NCBI GenBank assembly: GCA_964484485.1
Contig: CAZAGD010000130.1
Span: 339-64,338, forward strand
DNA: 64,000 nt
Direction: 5' to 3'
DNA from: an uncultured Syntrophaceae bacterium
GTDB taxonomy: Bacteria > Desulfobacterota > SM23-61
Both the position numbers and the translations under genes were made by a program. The number at the start of each line of letters is the position of its first letter. Position 1 is the first letter of the stretch. Positions 1-9,212 of the stretch are shown here, piece after piece. Below the pieces are notes generated by a model that was given only the letters and a program-made list of their open reading frames with translations, was not told the DNA's origin and searched no databases.

Positions 1-2
1 CC

Positions 3-1493
3 TCTTTCTTTGGCCAGACTAATGGAGGCTTTAATTGATTCTTGATGGACAAAGCGCATTAGTTTTTGCGCAAAATTAATGGCCTTCTTGTCCTGATAAG
101 AAATTTTTAGACGAATCAAGAGATCGGCAAAGCCCATCACTCCTAAGCCAACTTTCCGATTACCCATGGTAATTTGCCTGATAGCCGGCAAGGGGAATTT
201 ATTCACTTCAATTACGTCATCCAAGAAGCGAATTCCCCAGTGGATACATTCTTTTAATTTTTCCCAGTCAAGCTCCTCGCCGCGGATCATTTTGGCCAAA
301 TTAATAGAAGCTAAATTACAACTTTCATAAGGTAAAAGCGGAAGTTCTCCGCAAGGGTTGGTAGCTTCAATTTCTCCCAAGGCGGGAGTAGGGTTGTGCC
401 GGTTGATCTCGTCTAAAAAAATTAGGCCAGGATCTCCGGTGAGCCAAGCGGCATTAGTAATGAGTTCAAAAATAGTGCGAGCTTTAATTTTTTTAACTTT
501 AGTTTTGGTGCGGGGGTTAATTAAATAAAAATAATCGTTATGGATGACTGCGTCCATGAACTGGTCAGTAACTCCCACCGAGAGATTGAAATTAGTAAAT
601 TGGTTTTTGGTCATCTTAGCTTCGATGAATTCGATGATGTCGGGGTGATCGCAACGCAGAATACCCATATTAGCACCTCGTCTTTTCCCACCCTGAACAA
701 TTACTTCCGTAGCGCGATCAAAAATAGACATGAAAGAAACTGGCCCCGAGGCCTGTCCTTTGGTGGTAGAGACTAAATCTCCTTTGGGACGCAAACGGGA
801 AAAACTAAATCCCGTCCCCCCGCCAGTCTGGTGAATTTTAGCCATGTTTTTTAAAGCATCAAAAATTCCTTCCATAGAATCATCTACGGGAATGACAAAG
901 CAGGCGGAAAGCTGGCCCAAAGGAGCACCGGCATTCATTAAAGTAGGAGAATTAGGCATAAATTCGAGATGGCGCATTAACAAATAAAACTTTTCTTCCG
1001 CGGCCAAAGGAGAACAGGAGGACTTGAATCCCTTTTCTGCTTGAGCCACATGGGCAGCAACTCTTTGGAACATCTGGCTGGGAGTTTCAATGATATTTTG
1101 TTCATCATCGCGCAAAAGATAGCGTTTTCTTAATATCTCCATTGTGTTTACAGGGAGTTTGAGGTCATCTTTTATCCCCAAAACTGTTTTGGCCAGACGA
1201 ATTTCGCTGCGTCTTTCCCGGTAAAGAATATAAGCCTTAGCAATCTGGCTGAAGCCTTTCTCCATCAAGACTGTTTCGACCGTATCCTGGATGGTTTCTA
1301 CGTGCAGAGTCTTTCCTTTGAAAAGGAGGGATAGCTTTTGGATGACCGCTTCGGTTGCTTGCTGGGCTAATTTGTGCGCTTGTTCTTGATCCTGCAGGAC
1401 TTCCCCAGCTGCCCGGAAGATGGCATTTCTGATTTTTTCTTTATGGAAAGGAACAAAGGATCCGTCTCTTTTCTGGACTCTGGTAAATTTCAT
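3..1493 (-). CDS. nrdJ: Class II (adenosylcobalamin-dependent) ribonucleotide reductase with N-terminal ATP cone; runs off the left window edge
   Basis: Not in the ORF track. Manual translation from ATG at 1493 gives MKFTRVQKRDGSFVPFHKEKI (ATP cone), then NSPTLMNAG, GQLSACFV, RRGANMG, and TNPCGELPLLPYESCNLASINL with the catalytic Cys motifs. GAGGAG/AGGGGG RBS upstream. Confidence 0.9.
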   Translation of the reverse strand, partial: MKFTRVQKRDGSFVPFHKEKIRNAIFRAAGEVLQDQEQAHKLAQQATEAVIQKLSLLFKGKTLHVETIQDTVETVLMEKGFSQIAKAYILYRERRSEIRLAKTVLGIKDDLKLPVNTMEILRKRYLLRDDEQNIIETPSQMFQRVAAHVAQAEKGFKSSCSPLAAEEKFYLLMRHLEFMPNSPTLMNAGAPLGQLSACFVIPVDDSMEGIFDALKNMAKIHQTGGGTGFSFSRLRPKGDLVSTTKGQASGPVSFMSIFDRATEVIVQGGKRRGANMGILRCDHPDIIEFIEAKMTKNQFTNFNLSVGVTDQFMDAVIHNDYFYLINPRTKTKVKKIKARTIFELITNAAWLTGDPGLIFLDEINRHNPTPALGEIEATNPCGELPLLPYESCNLASINLAKMIRGEELDWEKLKECIHWGIRFLDDVIEVNKFPLPAIRQITMGNRKVGLGVMGFADLLIRLKISYQDKKAINFAQKLMRFVHQESIKASISLAKER

Positions 1494-1603
1494 TTTTTCT
1501 TCTACCCCCTCTCCTCAATCCGCTCCCTCGAGAGACTAAGGCATAGTTAATAAATAGCTAACTTTTGGTGAAGAGCCCGGAAAAAAATTATTTCAACTCG
1601 GAA

Positions 1604-1624
1604 AATCTGCGTTTATCTGCGTCC
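1604..1624 (-). repeat. Single arm of the GGACGCAGATAAACGCAGAT repeat family
   Basis: aatctgcgtttatctgcgtcc is identical to 27061-27081. Confidence 0.75.
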
Positions 1625-1671
1625 CGTAATCTCTCCTGATTACTCTTTAAGAAATAAAGGAAAAGAATTGG

Positions 1672-2943
1672 TTACTTTTTTTTCAGTATTGGAACCGTTA
1701 AACTCCCCTGGGGCATTAATATAATTCGTGGCTGCGAGCCCAAGCGCGCATAGGCCAGACGCAGAGCTTCTTCCATATCCTGCGCTGGGGTAAATAGCAA
1801 AGTACGCACTAATTCAGGGTCTAAGTCGGAGACGAGAATGAATTGGGCTTTTTTCATTAATCTGGTAACAGCGTAGGCTTTATGGCCTCCGACAATAAAA
1901 TTTTTCCGCACTTGTTCTTCTATTTTTGCCGGTGTTTTATATTCCTTCATCCAGCGCAAGTAATCATCTGAACCTACTCCTTCTACGCATTCTCCCAAAA
2001 TAATTATCACTCCTCCTTCTCTGACCGCGAGCCAAGCATTGTCCATAGTCTTTTGGAGCTGGTAGACATTAATATCTTTGGGGTAGCCACCACAGCTGGC
2101 AATGACCAGATCTGCTGGTTCCGAGATTTCTGCGCCGTAAATTTGTTCAACCAAGGCACAACCCTGTAAGTGGGCTTGAATGTAATCCCCGGCAAATACT
2201 TTAAGGAATTCTTTTTTTTCGTTGAGCACTACATTTAAGAGGAAAGAAGGTCGGCGCATTTCCGTTCCTTCAACTTGATCTTCATAAACGGGGTTCCCTT
2301 TAAGTTTCCCCAACCCTGCGCCAGGCTCCAGCATTAAAGCATGGTTGCGGCAGATAGTTTCAAAAGAGGCCACTCCCGGAAGAAGGGCTTTCCTTCCTCC
2401 GCCAAAGCCGGCAAAAAAATGATAGACGATACTGCCCGTTAAGATAATATGATCAGCTTCGACCACTTTTTTATGAAAACAGATGGGGGTTCCCCGAGAT
2501 GTTTTACCTAAATAACTAAATTGGGAAGAATCCCGAGCATCGCTATTATACATCTTAACCCGCTTAGCCACTTTTTCACCCACCAATTGGACCATCTCTT
2601 CCGGGGGCACTAAACGGTGAGCTCCAACGGCAAACATGATAAACATGTCCTCATCGGGTATTCCGGCAGCATTTAATTCATCGAGAAGAATGGGCATAAA
2701 AATATGACTATTAGCCACGCGGGTGGAGTCATTGACTAAAAAAACTACTTTTTGGCCAGGACGAACGATTTCTCGCAAAGGAGGAGATTGAATCGGATGC
2801 CGAATAGCTTCTTTAATGGCCGTTTCTGGATCGGATAGGGGGGGAAAATCTTTAATCTTTAATTCATTTAATACCAGGTCCGCATTAAGGGCAAAAGAAA
2901 TTTCTTTTTTCCCGTATTTGAATTTATATTCTTGGAGAGGCAT
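1672..2943 (-). CDS. larA: Nickel-pincer-dependent lactate racemase family protein (LarA homolog)
   Basis: VNDSTR, GAHR, HFFAGFGGGRKALLPG, GGYPKDINVYQ, GGHKA motifs; 423 aa. Confidence 0.85.
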   Translation of the reverse strand: MPLQEYKFKYGKKEISFALNADLVLNELKIKDFPPLSDPETAIKEAIRHPIQSPPLREIVRPGQKVVFLVNDSTRVANSHIFMPILLDELNAAGIPDEDMFIMFAVGAHRLVPPEEMVQLVGEKVAKRVKMYNSDARDSSQFSYLGKTSRGTPICFHKKVVEADHIILTGSIVYHFFAGFGGGRKALLPGVASFETICRNHALMLEPGAGLGKLKGNPVYEDQVEGTEMRRPSFLLNVVLNEKKEFLKVFAGDYIQAHLQGCALVEQIYGAEISEPADLVIASCGGYPKDINVYQLQKTMDNAWLAVREGGVIIILGECVEGVGSDDYLRWMKEYKTPAKIEEQVRKNFIVGGHKAYAVTRLMKKAQFILVSDLDPELVRTLLFTPAQDMEEALRLAYARLGSQPRIILMPQGSLTVPILKKK

Positions 2944-2970
2944 TTTTATTCCTTTCTCCTTTTTAATTAT

Positions 2971-3381
2971 TTATTCCCAACCAATGGGTTCATATCCTTT
3001 TTCTCTTAGGCAGCGGTTGACAAATTCCTTTTGTATTGGAGAAGGCTCGGCAGATTTGAATAATCCGCGCATGAATCCCCAGGCGGCTCCTCCAGCTGCT
3101 CCTGCGCCTAATCCTCTGCCCAAATTGCCAGTAACTGCCCCGACAGCTCCCCCAACCACAGCTCCCGTAACTCCGCCTTTAGCCGTGCTTGCAGCTATTT
3201 CTCCTTCCGGACGAGTCTTAACATAATTTTCGGCCTGGCGCATACACTCATCGATATCCTGTTTGGCCTGGACTTCTCCCACGGTTTGGAGATGACTATT
3301 GGGATATAGAACCGGACGCTGGGTAGCGCAAGCAGCAAGGGAAAATAATAAAATTGAGATAGCAAATTTGTTCAAATTCAT
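2971..3381 (-). CDS. Glycine-zipper lipoprotein
   Basis: Likely start MNLNKFAISILLFSLAAC at 3381 (lipobox LAAC). Gly/Ala zipper GGVTGAVVGGAVGAVTG; paired Cys (DIDEC, VNRCLREKGY). Confidence 0.75.
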   Translation of the reverse strand: MNLNKFAISILLFSLAACATQRPVLYPNSHLQTVGEVQAKQDIDECMRQAENYVKTRPEGEIAASTAKGGVTGAVVGGAVGAVTGNLGRGLGAGAAGGAAWGFMRGLFKSAEPSPIQKEFVNRCLREKGYEPIGWE

Positions 3382-3411
3382 GTAAATATTTTTAAGAGTT
3401 TTTATGGATTT

Positions 3412-3440
3412 ATAATAGAATAAAAAAAACATTTAGTCAA
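3412..3440 (-). promoter_or_regulatory. Putative sigma70 promoter for the lipoprotein-larA genes
   Basis: TTGACT-17 bp-TATTAT on the minus strand. Confidence 0.5.
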
Positions 3441-3475
3441 AAGACAAAAAGCATGAAAGAAAGCGGATAACTCTC

Positions 3476-4138
3476 ATGGAAGTTTACAAAAATAATTTGG
3501 AGAAAATAAAAAAAGAGGCTTTGGGTTTTTATATTTTTGAAGAGCCGGTTTTTGAGGAGGGGGACCATCCGGAAAATTTTATTGATTATGAATGTGCTTT
3601 TGCCGCGTATCATATTAAAAAAATCCAGCCTAAATCTATCTTGGACATTGGCTCTTATCGTCATTTTATTCTGGGCTTGCTGGCTCATTTCACGGTGACT
3701 AGTATGGATGTTCGGCCACGTAAATGTTCCTTACCTGGCGAAACTATTTTAAATGGCGATGCCCAGAGGATTCCTCTCCCCGATAATTCCTTTGATTTAG
3801 TCCTTTCCCTTTGTGCTTTAGAGCATTTTGGATTGGGCCGTTATGGAGATACCCTAGATTGGCAAGCTGACCAAAAAGCCCTGGCGGAAATGAGGCGAGT
3901 TTTAAAACCAGGTGGAAGACTGATCTTTTCCACAACTATCCACCGCGCCCAGCCCGCCATAGCTTTTAATGCTCATCGCATTTATACTTATGAAATGCTT
4001 AAATCATTGCGTAAAGGGATGATTTGCATCGAAGAGAAATTTTATAGCCACGGGCAAAGGAGCTATTGCTCCTTTGCCGAAATAACCACTAACCCTAAAT
4101 GGTGGGATGTTTATCTTGGGTGCTGGGAAAAAATATGA
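3476..4138 (+). CDS. Class I SAM-dependent methyltransferase (DUF268-like)
   Basis: ILDIGS motif I, FDLVLSLCALEHFGLGRYGD, RVLKPGG. Confidence 0.8.
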   Translation: MEVYKNNLEKIKKEALGFYIFEEPVFEEGDHPENFIDYECAFAAYHIKKIQPKSILDIGSYRHFILGLLAHFTVTSMDVRPRKCSLPGETILNGDAQRIPLPDNSFDLVLSLCALEHFGLGRYGDTLDWQADQKALAEMRRVLKPGGRLIFSTTIHRAQPAIAFNAHRIYTYEMLKSLRKGMICIEEKFYSHGQRSYCSFAEITTNPKWWDVYLGCWEKI

Positions 4139-4209
4139 TTATATAATATTTTGAGCTCTGCTTAAAAAACAAAATAAGGCCTGCTCTTTGCTTGAAGTAG
4201 ATTAATCTC

Positions 4210-4315
4210 CCCTACCCGCGGCTTTGAAAGAACTAATATCACTTGCTCCTGCCTGAGCTAAGAATTGATTCGTCAATCCTGCTTAGGGCCTAATTTAAAA
4301 GTGATCGACGGTCAG
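4210..4315. mobile_element. CTGACCGTC-family MITE-like element copy, end abutting a promoter
   Basis: Ends ttaaaagtgatcgacggtcag (4315). The reverse complement carries cttagctcaggcaggag and ttctttca..ggtagggg, shared with the 26485 and 28562 copies. TTGACA follows 12 bp later at 4328. Confidence 0.6.
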
Positions 4316-4384
4316 GGGGTTTTTACATTGACAATTGAAGAAAAATTCTTAAAAATATGGTTAATCAAAAATAAAGGGTTGGCA

Positions 4385-5446
4385 ATGAGAAAGAAAAATA
4401 TGCTTTTAAGAAACTCCAAGAAATTTAATCGTAGAGAATTTCTAAGAATTATGGCCGCCGCTGGAGTAGCCGGAGTAGCTTGGCCAAGTTTTTCCCAAAT
4501 TAAAGCTGAGGGAATTTCTAAATATCCCCATTGGGGTAAAGTGGTTCTCGTTAGAGATAATAAAGCTACGGAAGGATCCAATATCAATCAAGCAATAATT
4601 AAGAATATGCTCAGCGAAGCAATTAATGTTCTAACAGATGGTGGCGGATGGAACTCTCTTTTCCCTAATTTCCAAGTTGGTGAAACTGTGGCCATTAAGG
4701 TAAATTGCATTGCCCGCAGGATGAGCACGCATTGGGAAATTATTGAGGAAATAATCAATGGACTGATGGAAGTTGGGTTTCGTCCTAAGGATATCGTCGT
4801 TTATGATACTTTTGCTTCCTTAATAAAAGCTCCTAAATATGAACTTAAAACAGATCCTGAAAATTTACGGGTTATGGCCACTGATCAATTGAAAGATCCT
4901 TATGATCGAAACAAGCCTTTTGATATGGAGGGAAACCCGGCTTATCTCAGCCGAATTCTCACTGAGGCTACATATATAATAAACGCGCCCATTTTGAAAG
5001 AACATTTTGAAGCTGGCCTAACTTTTGCCCTAAAGAATCATGTGGGTTCGGTAGATAATGCTAAAAAGTTATTTCATGAAGACCCTGAGCCTGGGAATTT
5101 TATTCATGCTTTCTTAGGAAGAGGAAAGCCTAAGCAGAAACGTATTGCCCTTATTAACGCAGCTCCCGATATTAAAAATAAAACTAAGTTAATAGTAGGC
5201 GATGCCCTATTTGGAATTTATCAACGAGGGCCAGATGGTAGTCCGCAGTTTACCTATAATGGGTTGATTATCGGAACAGACCCAGTGGCCCTTGACCATC
5301 AGGCCAGAAAAATCATTAATGAAGAGAGAGCGAAGAGAGATATGCCACCTATAAAAGCTGAGCATATTGAGATAGCGGCTCAATTAGGCCTGGGAGCTTC
5401 AAGTGAAGAAATGAAAGTTGTTTCCTTTTATAAGAAAGGATCCTAA
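4385..5446 (+). CDS. Tat-exported DUF362 domain protein
   Basis: Twin-arginine signal NRREFL; VAIKVN, IINAPILKEH, TFALKNHVG, DPVALD motifs of DUF362. Start trimmed from the ORF-track 4265. Confidence 0.75.
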   Translation: MRKKNMLLRNSKKFNRREFLRIMAAAGVAGVAWPSFSQIKAEGISKYPHWGKVVLVRDNKATEGSNINQAIIKNMLSEAINVLTDGGGWNSLFPNFQVGETVAIKVNCIARRMSTHWEIIEEIINGLMEVGFRPKDIVVYDTFASLIKAPKYELKTDPENLRVMATDQLKDPYDRNKPFDMEGNPAYLSRILTEATYIINAPILKEHFEAGLTFALKNHVGSVDNAKKLFHEDPEPGNFIHAFLGRGKPKQKRIALINAAPDIKNKTKLIVGDALFGIYQRGPDGSPQFTYNGLIIGTDPVALDHQARKIINEERAKRDMPPIKAEHIEIAAQLGLGASSEEMKVVSFYKKGS

Positions 5447-5448
5447 GA

Positions 5449-5982
5449 ATGACCAGGTTTTTATGGGTTTTTGTTCTTTTTTTCTTAGCTTTCTCTTGCT
5501 CTCCGCAGATGGGATTGAAACCAGGTGAGGCATGGCGAGCAGCCAATTTTCTTCCTGACGATATTTCTGGCTGGAAAAAACTTGGGCCTCTCTCGGAGGC
5601 GAACAGTCATGAGGAACTCTTTAAGCGCATTAATGGGGGAGCAACCATATTTATAAAATATGGTTTGCAAAGTTATGCCGGTCAAATCTATCATAATCAA
5701 GATGGAGTGGAAGTTGAGATCGGCGTATTCCTTTTTGGTGAAAAAGAAAAAGCCCGCCAACTTTTCATTGACCCACTGATGAAACCTCGTTTAAGCAAGA
5801 AATTGGAAAATTTGGGAGAGGATGCCCGATTAGATGAAAGCGCCTTATTCTATAATATAATCGAATTCATCAAAGACCGCTTTTTTGTCAGAATAACAGT
5901 CCAGGACAAAAGTAATTCTTCGATCAAGATGGCCAGCGAATTTGCTCGCCATATTCTGCAGAAGATCAATAATCTGCCTTAA
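5449..5982 (+). CDS. Putative lipoprotein (DUF6599-like)
   Basis: Hydrophobic signal with AFSC lipobox; LFKRINGGATIFIKYG motif; 2 bp after the DUF362 gene. Confidence 0.6.
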   Translation: MTRFLWVFVLFFLAFSCSPQMGLKPGEAWRAANFLPDDISGWKKLGPLSEANSHEELFKRINGGATIFIKYGLQSYAGQIYHNQDGVEVEIGVFLFGEKEKARQLFIDPLMKPRLSKKLENLGEDARLDESALFYNIIEFIKDRFFVRITVQDKSNSSIKMASEFARHILQKINNLP

Positions 5983-6080
5983 CCCCTCCCGGGCCTCCCC
6001 TTAAAATATTTTTATCCGAGGCAAGTCCGGATTTATCAATCCCGGCTCGGGTTAAGACTTTAAAAGTGATGGACGGTCAG
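5980..6080. mobile_element. CTGACCGTC-family MITE-like element copy
   Basis: Ends tttaaaagtgatggacggtcag; internal tcaatcc shared with the 4210-4315 copy. Confidence 0.6.
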
Positions 6081-6092
6081 CTTTTTAATTTA

Positions 6093-6121
6093 TTGACTTG
6101 AAAAATATGTTCATCTATAAA
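6093..6121 (+). promoter_or_regulatory. sigma70 promoter of the tctCBA-ggt operon
   Basis: TTGACT-17 bp-TATAAA. Confidence 0.65.
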
Positions 6122-6160
6122 ATAAAGATAGGTAAATTTCAAAATTTAAGGGAGTAAATT

Positions 6161-7144
6161 ATGAAGAAAAGATCAAGAACTTTGCTAATCTGTTTAGTGA
6201 TGGGATTTTTCTGTCTGATGGGAACCGGAAATAATATTTCGGCTGGAGAATACCCAGAAAAACCCATCAAGCTCATAGTCCCTTGGGCTGCGGGTGGGGA
6301 TACGGATGTGCTTATGAGGATTATCGCTCACTACGCGGGAAAATACCTCGGCCAACCAATGGTTGTTGTAAACGTAGGCGGCGTAGGGGGAACCCTGGGG
6401 GCGCGTCAAGGAAAAGATGCTAAACCAGATGGATATACACTAACGGCGACCCATGAATCCGTAATTACTTCATATATAGTGGGAGTTGCGGAATTCAATT
6501 ACTCTCAATTTCAGCCTATTGCTAATATGATAGCCACTCCAGCTATTGTAGCCGCAAGACCCGATGCTCCTTGGAACAATATGAAAGACTTGATCGCCGA
6601 CGCCAAAAAGAAACCTGGAGAGATTAAATTTGGGGCAACGCTTGGTTCGACCAGTCATTTCTTTCCTTTGATGATTGCTCATGAAGCGGGCATAGAATTT
6701 AAAATTGTGGGGTACGAAGGTACGGCTGAGCGCCAGACCGCGCTTTTAGGGGGTTTTATTGATTTAGGGGAAAGTAATCCTGCTTCGGGGAAAAAATATT
6801 TCGAAGCCAAAAAACTAAAAGGATTAGGAATTGCTCGCGCCCAGCGGCATCCCCTGCTTCCCGATATGCCTACTCTAAAGGAACAGGGCTTAAATGTCAT
6901 ATTTGAAGTTAATCGGGGGATTTGTGCCCCCCTCAATACCCCCCAGGCTATTGTAGATAAATTAGCGGCTGCTTTTAAAAAGGCTGCCGAAGATCCAGAG
7001 TTGAAAGAAAAAATTAAAGAACATGGTACATTAGTTAATTTTTTACCGCCCGCTGAGTACAAAAAGCATATTGAAGAAGAAACCAAAAAATATACTATGT
7101 TGGCCAAGAAGTTCGGCTTGGAGGGTTTATTGAAGAAAAAGTAA
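6161..7144 (+). CDS. tctC: Tripartite tricarboxylate transporter substrate-binding protein (Bug/TctC)
   Basis: YPEKPIKLIVPWAAGGDTD, PDGYTL; signal peptide. Confidence 0.9.
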   Translation: MKKRSRTLLICLVMGFFCLMGTGNNISAGEYPEKPIKLIVPWAAGGDTDVLMRIIAHYAGKYLGQPMVVVNVGGVGGTLGARQGKDAKPDGYTLTATHESVITSYIVGVAEFNYSQFQPIANMIATPAIVAARPDAPWNNMKDLIADAKKKPGEIKFGATLGSTSHFFPLMIAHEAGIEFKIVGYEGTAERQTALLGGFIDLGESNPASGKKYFEAKKLKGLGIARAQRHPLLPDMPTLKEQGLNVIFEVNRGICAPLNTPQAIVDKLAAAFKKAAEDPELKEKIKEHGTLVNFLPPAEYKKHIEEETKKYTMLAKKFGLEGLLKKK

Positions 7145-7161
7145 GGAGGATCACACCGGGA

Positions 7162-7180
7162 GCAAGGGGTAATCCCTTGC
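7162..7180 (+). terminator. Intercistronic hairpin between tctC and tctB
   Basis: gcaaggg-gtaat-cccttgc stem, no U-tract. Confidence 0.4.
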
Positions 7181-7212
7181 CCAATAAATTTAAAGGATGG
7201 TGAGGAGCTAAT

Positions 7213-7683
7213 GTGAAGGCAGATAGATATATCGGCATAATTTTAATAATTTTTAGTGTTTTTATGTATACTCAAACTTTCAAATTTCCTCCGGCCATGC
7301 TGGGAACTTTAGGAGCAGGTTTTTTCCCCAAAATTCTTTTTACGCTTTTAGGTTTAGCTGGCCTTGGATTAGTAATAGGGAGCTTCATCCAAAAGAAAAA
7401 AAGACCATTGGAAAAGACCTTTTCTCTAAAAGTTGCTTTGCAAGCGCATTCTCTGGTGATTTTAAGTTTCGTTCTGGTTTTCATTTACATTGTAGCCATG
7501 CATTTTTTTGGGTTTTTATGGGCAACCCTTGGCTTTATGATTTCCTTGATGTGGCTCTTAAGCCCCAGGAAAATAAAAAGCCTTCCCCTAATAATAATCA
7601 TCTCTGGCGGGTTGACATTCGTTATTTACTATTCCTTTCTTAAATTACTGCAGATATTTTTACCGGAGGGCGTAGTTTTTTAA
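7213..7683 (+). CDS. tctB: TTT small membrane subunit TctB
   Basis: About 4 TM segments, GAGFFPK, terminal LPEG motif; lies between tctC and tctA. Confidence 0.85.
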   Translation: MKADRYIGIILIIFSVFMYTQTFKFPPAMLGTLGAGFFPKILFTLLGLAGLGLVIGSFIQKKKRPLEKTFSLKVALQAHSLVILSFVLVFIYIVAMHFFGFLWATLGFMISLMWLLSPRKIKSLPLIIIISGGLTFVIYYSFLKLLQIFLPEGVVF

Positions 7684-7702
7684 AATTTTATAGAGGGAGG
7701 AA

Positions 7703-9199
7703 ATGCTGGACTTAATTCTCTTAGGTTTAAAAGAAATTTTTCAACCCTATCCTTTAATTTTTCTCTTCTTCGGAACAATTGCCGGAATTGTGGTGGGTTG
7801 TATTCCGGGTTTTACGGTGACCATGGGTGCGGCTCTCCTTTTGCCGCTCACCTTCGGCATGAAATCTATAGAAGGATTAGCGGCTATGATTGGCGTATTA
7901 GTTGGGGGATTAGCCGGTGGCCAGATTTCGGGTATTCTTATTGGCATACCAGGAACACCCTCCTCAGTGGCCACGGTCTTTGATGGGTACCCCATGGCCA
8001 AGAAAGGGGAGGCTGGTAACGCTTTATGTTTGGGAGTTTGGGCATCTTTCTTTGGTGGGATAATAAGCGCTTTTTTCCTCCTTTTCTTTGCTCCTCCCTT
8101 GGCTAATATGGCTTTGAAGTTTGGACCATGGGAATTTTTCTCTTTGGTAGCTTTTGGTTTAACTATCATTGCCAGCCTTTCTGGAGAGTCGCTTTTGAAA
8201 GGGTTAATCTCTGGTCTTTTAGGTCTGATTGCAGCCACCGTCGGGGCCGATCCCATAACCGGAGTTTTGCGCTTCGATTTTGGTATTTATGGGTTGAGTG
8301 GCGGATTTTCTTTTTTACCTGTCCTTATAGGCCTCTTCGCTTTTTCAGAGTTGATGGGCAATTTGGAAAGAAAAGAAAGGTCTACAGAAAAGCTTATTTT
8401 GAATCCAAATCTAAACTTCTCATCCCCCAAAATGATCCGGATAATTTTCAGTCAGCCGGTTAATCTAATTCGTTCTTCTTTAATTGGTGCTTTTATTGGT
8501 GTTCTTCCTGGAGCGGGGGGAAGTATCTCGAATATTTTGAGTTACGATCAAGCGATGAAAGGGTCTAAATACCCCGAAAAATTTGGCACGGGAATTCCTG
8601 ATGGGGTTATTGCCTCTGAAGCAGCGAATAACGCTACCGGAGGCGGGGCTCTCATTCCGGCCATGGCCTTAGGAGTTCCTGGAGACGCTGTGACGGCCAT
8701 TATGCTGGGCGCCCTTATCCTCCATGGAATCCAACCTGGTCCTATGTTAATCGTTGAGTTCCCAGGGCTAGTTTACGGGGTGATCATGGCTTTTTTCTTA
8801 GCCCATTTCTTCATGGCTGGAGTACAGCTTTATGGCATCAGTCTTTTCGTACGCTTAACTCGTCTTCCCTTATATATATTGGTTCCCTCCATTGTGGTCT
8901 TCTGTGTCGTGGGGTCATTTGCCATTCACAATCGCTTCTTCGATATTTGGGTGCTTTTCATATTCGGAATTCTGGGGTATTTAATGAAAAAGTTTGGTTT
9001 CCCTTTAACCCCTTTAATCTTAGGTATAATATTGGGCCCCTTAGCTGAGAAGAATTTGCGCCGAGCATTACAAACAAGTAGTCACCTATCTCTATTTTTT
9101 ACCAGGCCAATTTCGCTGATTTTTTTGATCTTAGCTTTGATTTCCATTCTTTATCCTTTCTACCAGCGTTATAAAAAGGGAAAAGTGAAACAAAATTGA
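7703..9199 (+). CDS. tctA: TTT large membrane subunit TctA
   Basis: GIPGTPSS, DGYPMAKKG, EAANNA, GIILGPLAE motifs. Confidence 0.92.
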   Translation: MLDLILLGLKEIFQPYPLIFLFFGTIAGIVVGCIPGFTVTMGAALLLPLTFGMKSIEGLAAMIGVLVGGLAGGQISGILIGIPGTPSSVATVFDGYPMAKKGEAGNALCLGVWASFFGGIISAFFLLFFAPPLANMALKFGPWEFFSLVAFGLTIIASLSGESLLKGLISGLLGLIAATVGADPITGVLRFDFGIYGLSGGFSFLPVLIGLFAFSELMGNLERKERSTEKLILNPNLNFSSPKMIRIIFSQPVNLIRSSLIGAFIGVLPGAGGSISNILSYDQAMKGSKYPEKFGTGIPDGVIASEAANNATGGGALIPAMALGVPGDAVTAIMLGALILHGIQPGPMLIVEFPGLVYGVIMAFFLAHFFMAGVQLYGISLFVRLTRLPLYILVPSIVVFCVVGSFAIHNRFFDIWVLFIFGILGYLMKKFGFPLTPLILGIILGPLAEKNLRRALQTSSHLSLFFTRPISLIFLILALISILYPFYQRYKKGKVKQN

Positions 9200-9212
9200 A
9201 GGGAGATAATTC

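Noticed and set aside
540-776. 78-aa ORF on the + strand
   Set aside because: Shadow of nrdJ on the opposite strand.
1494-1671. NrdR box or cobalamin riboswitch upstream of nrdJ
   Set aside because: No convincing consensus match seen.
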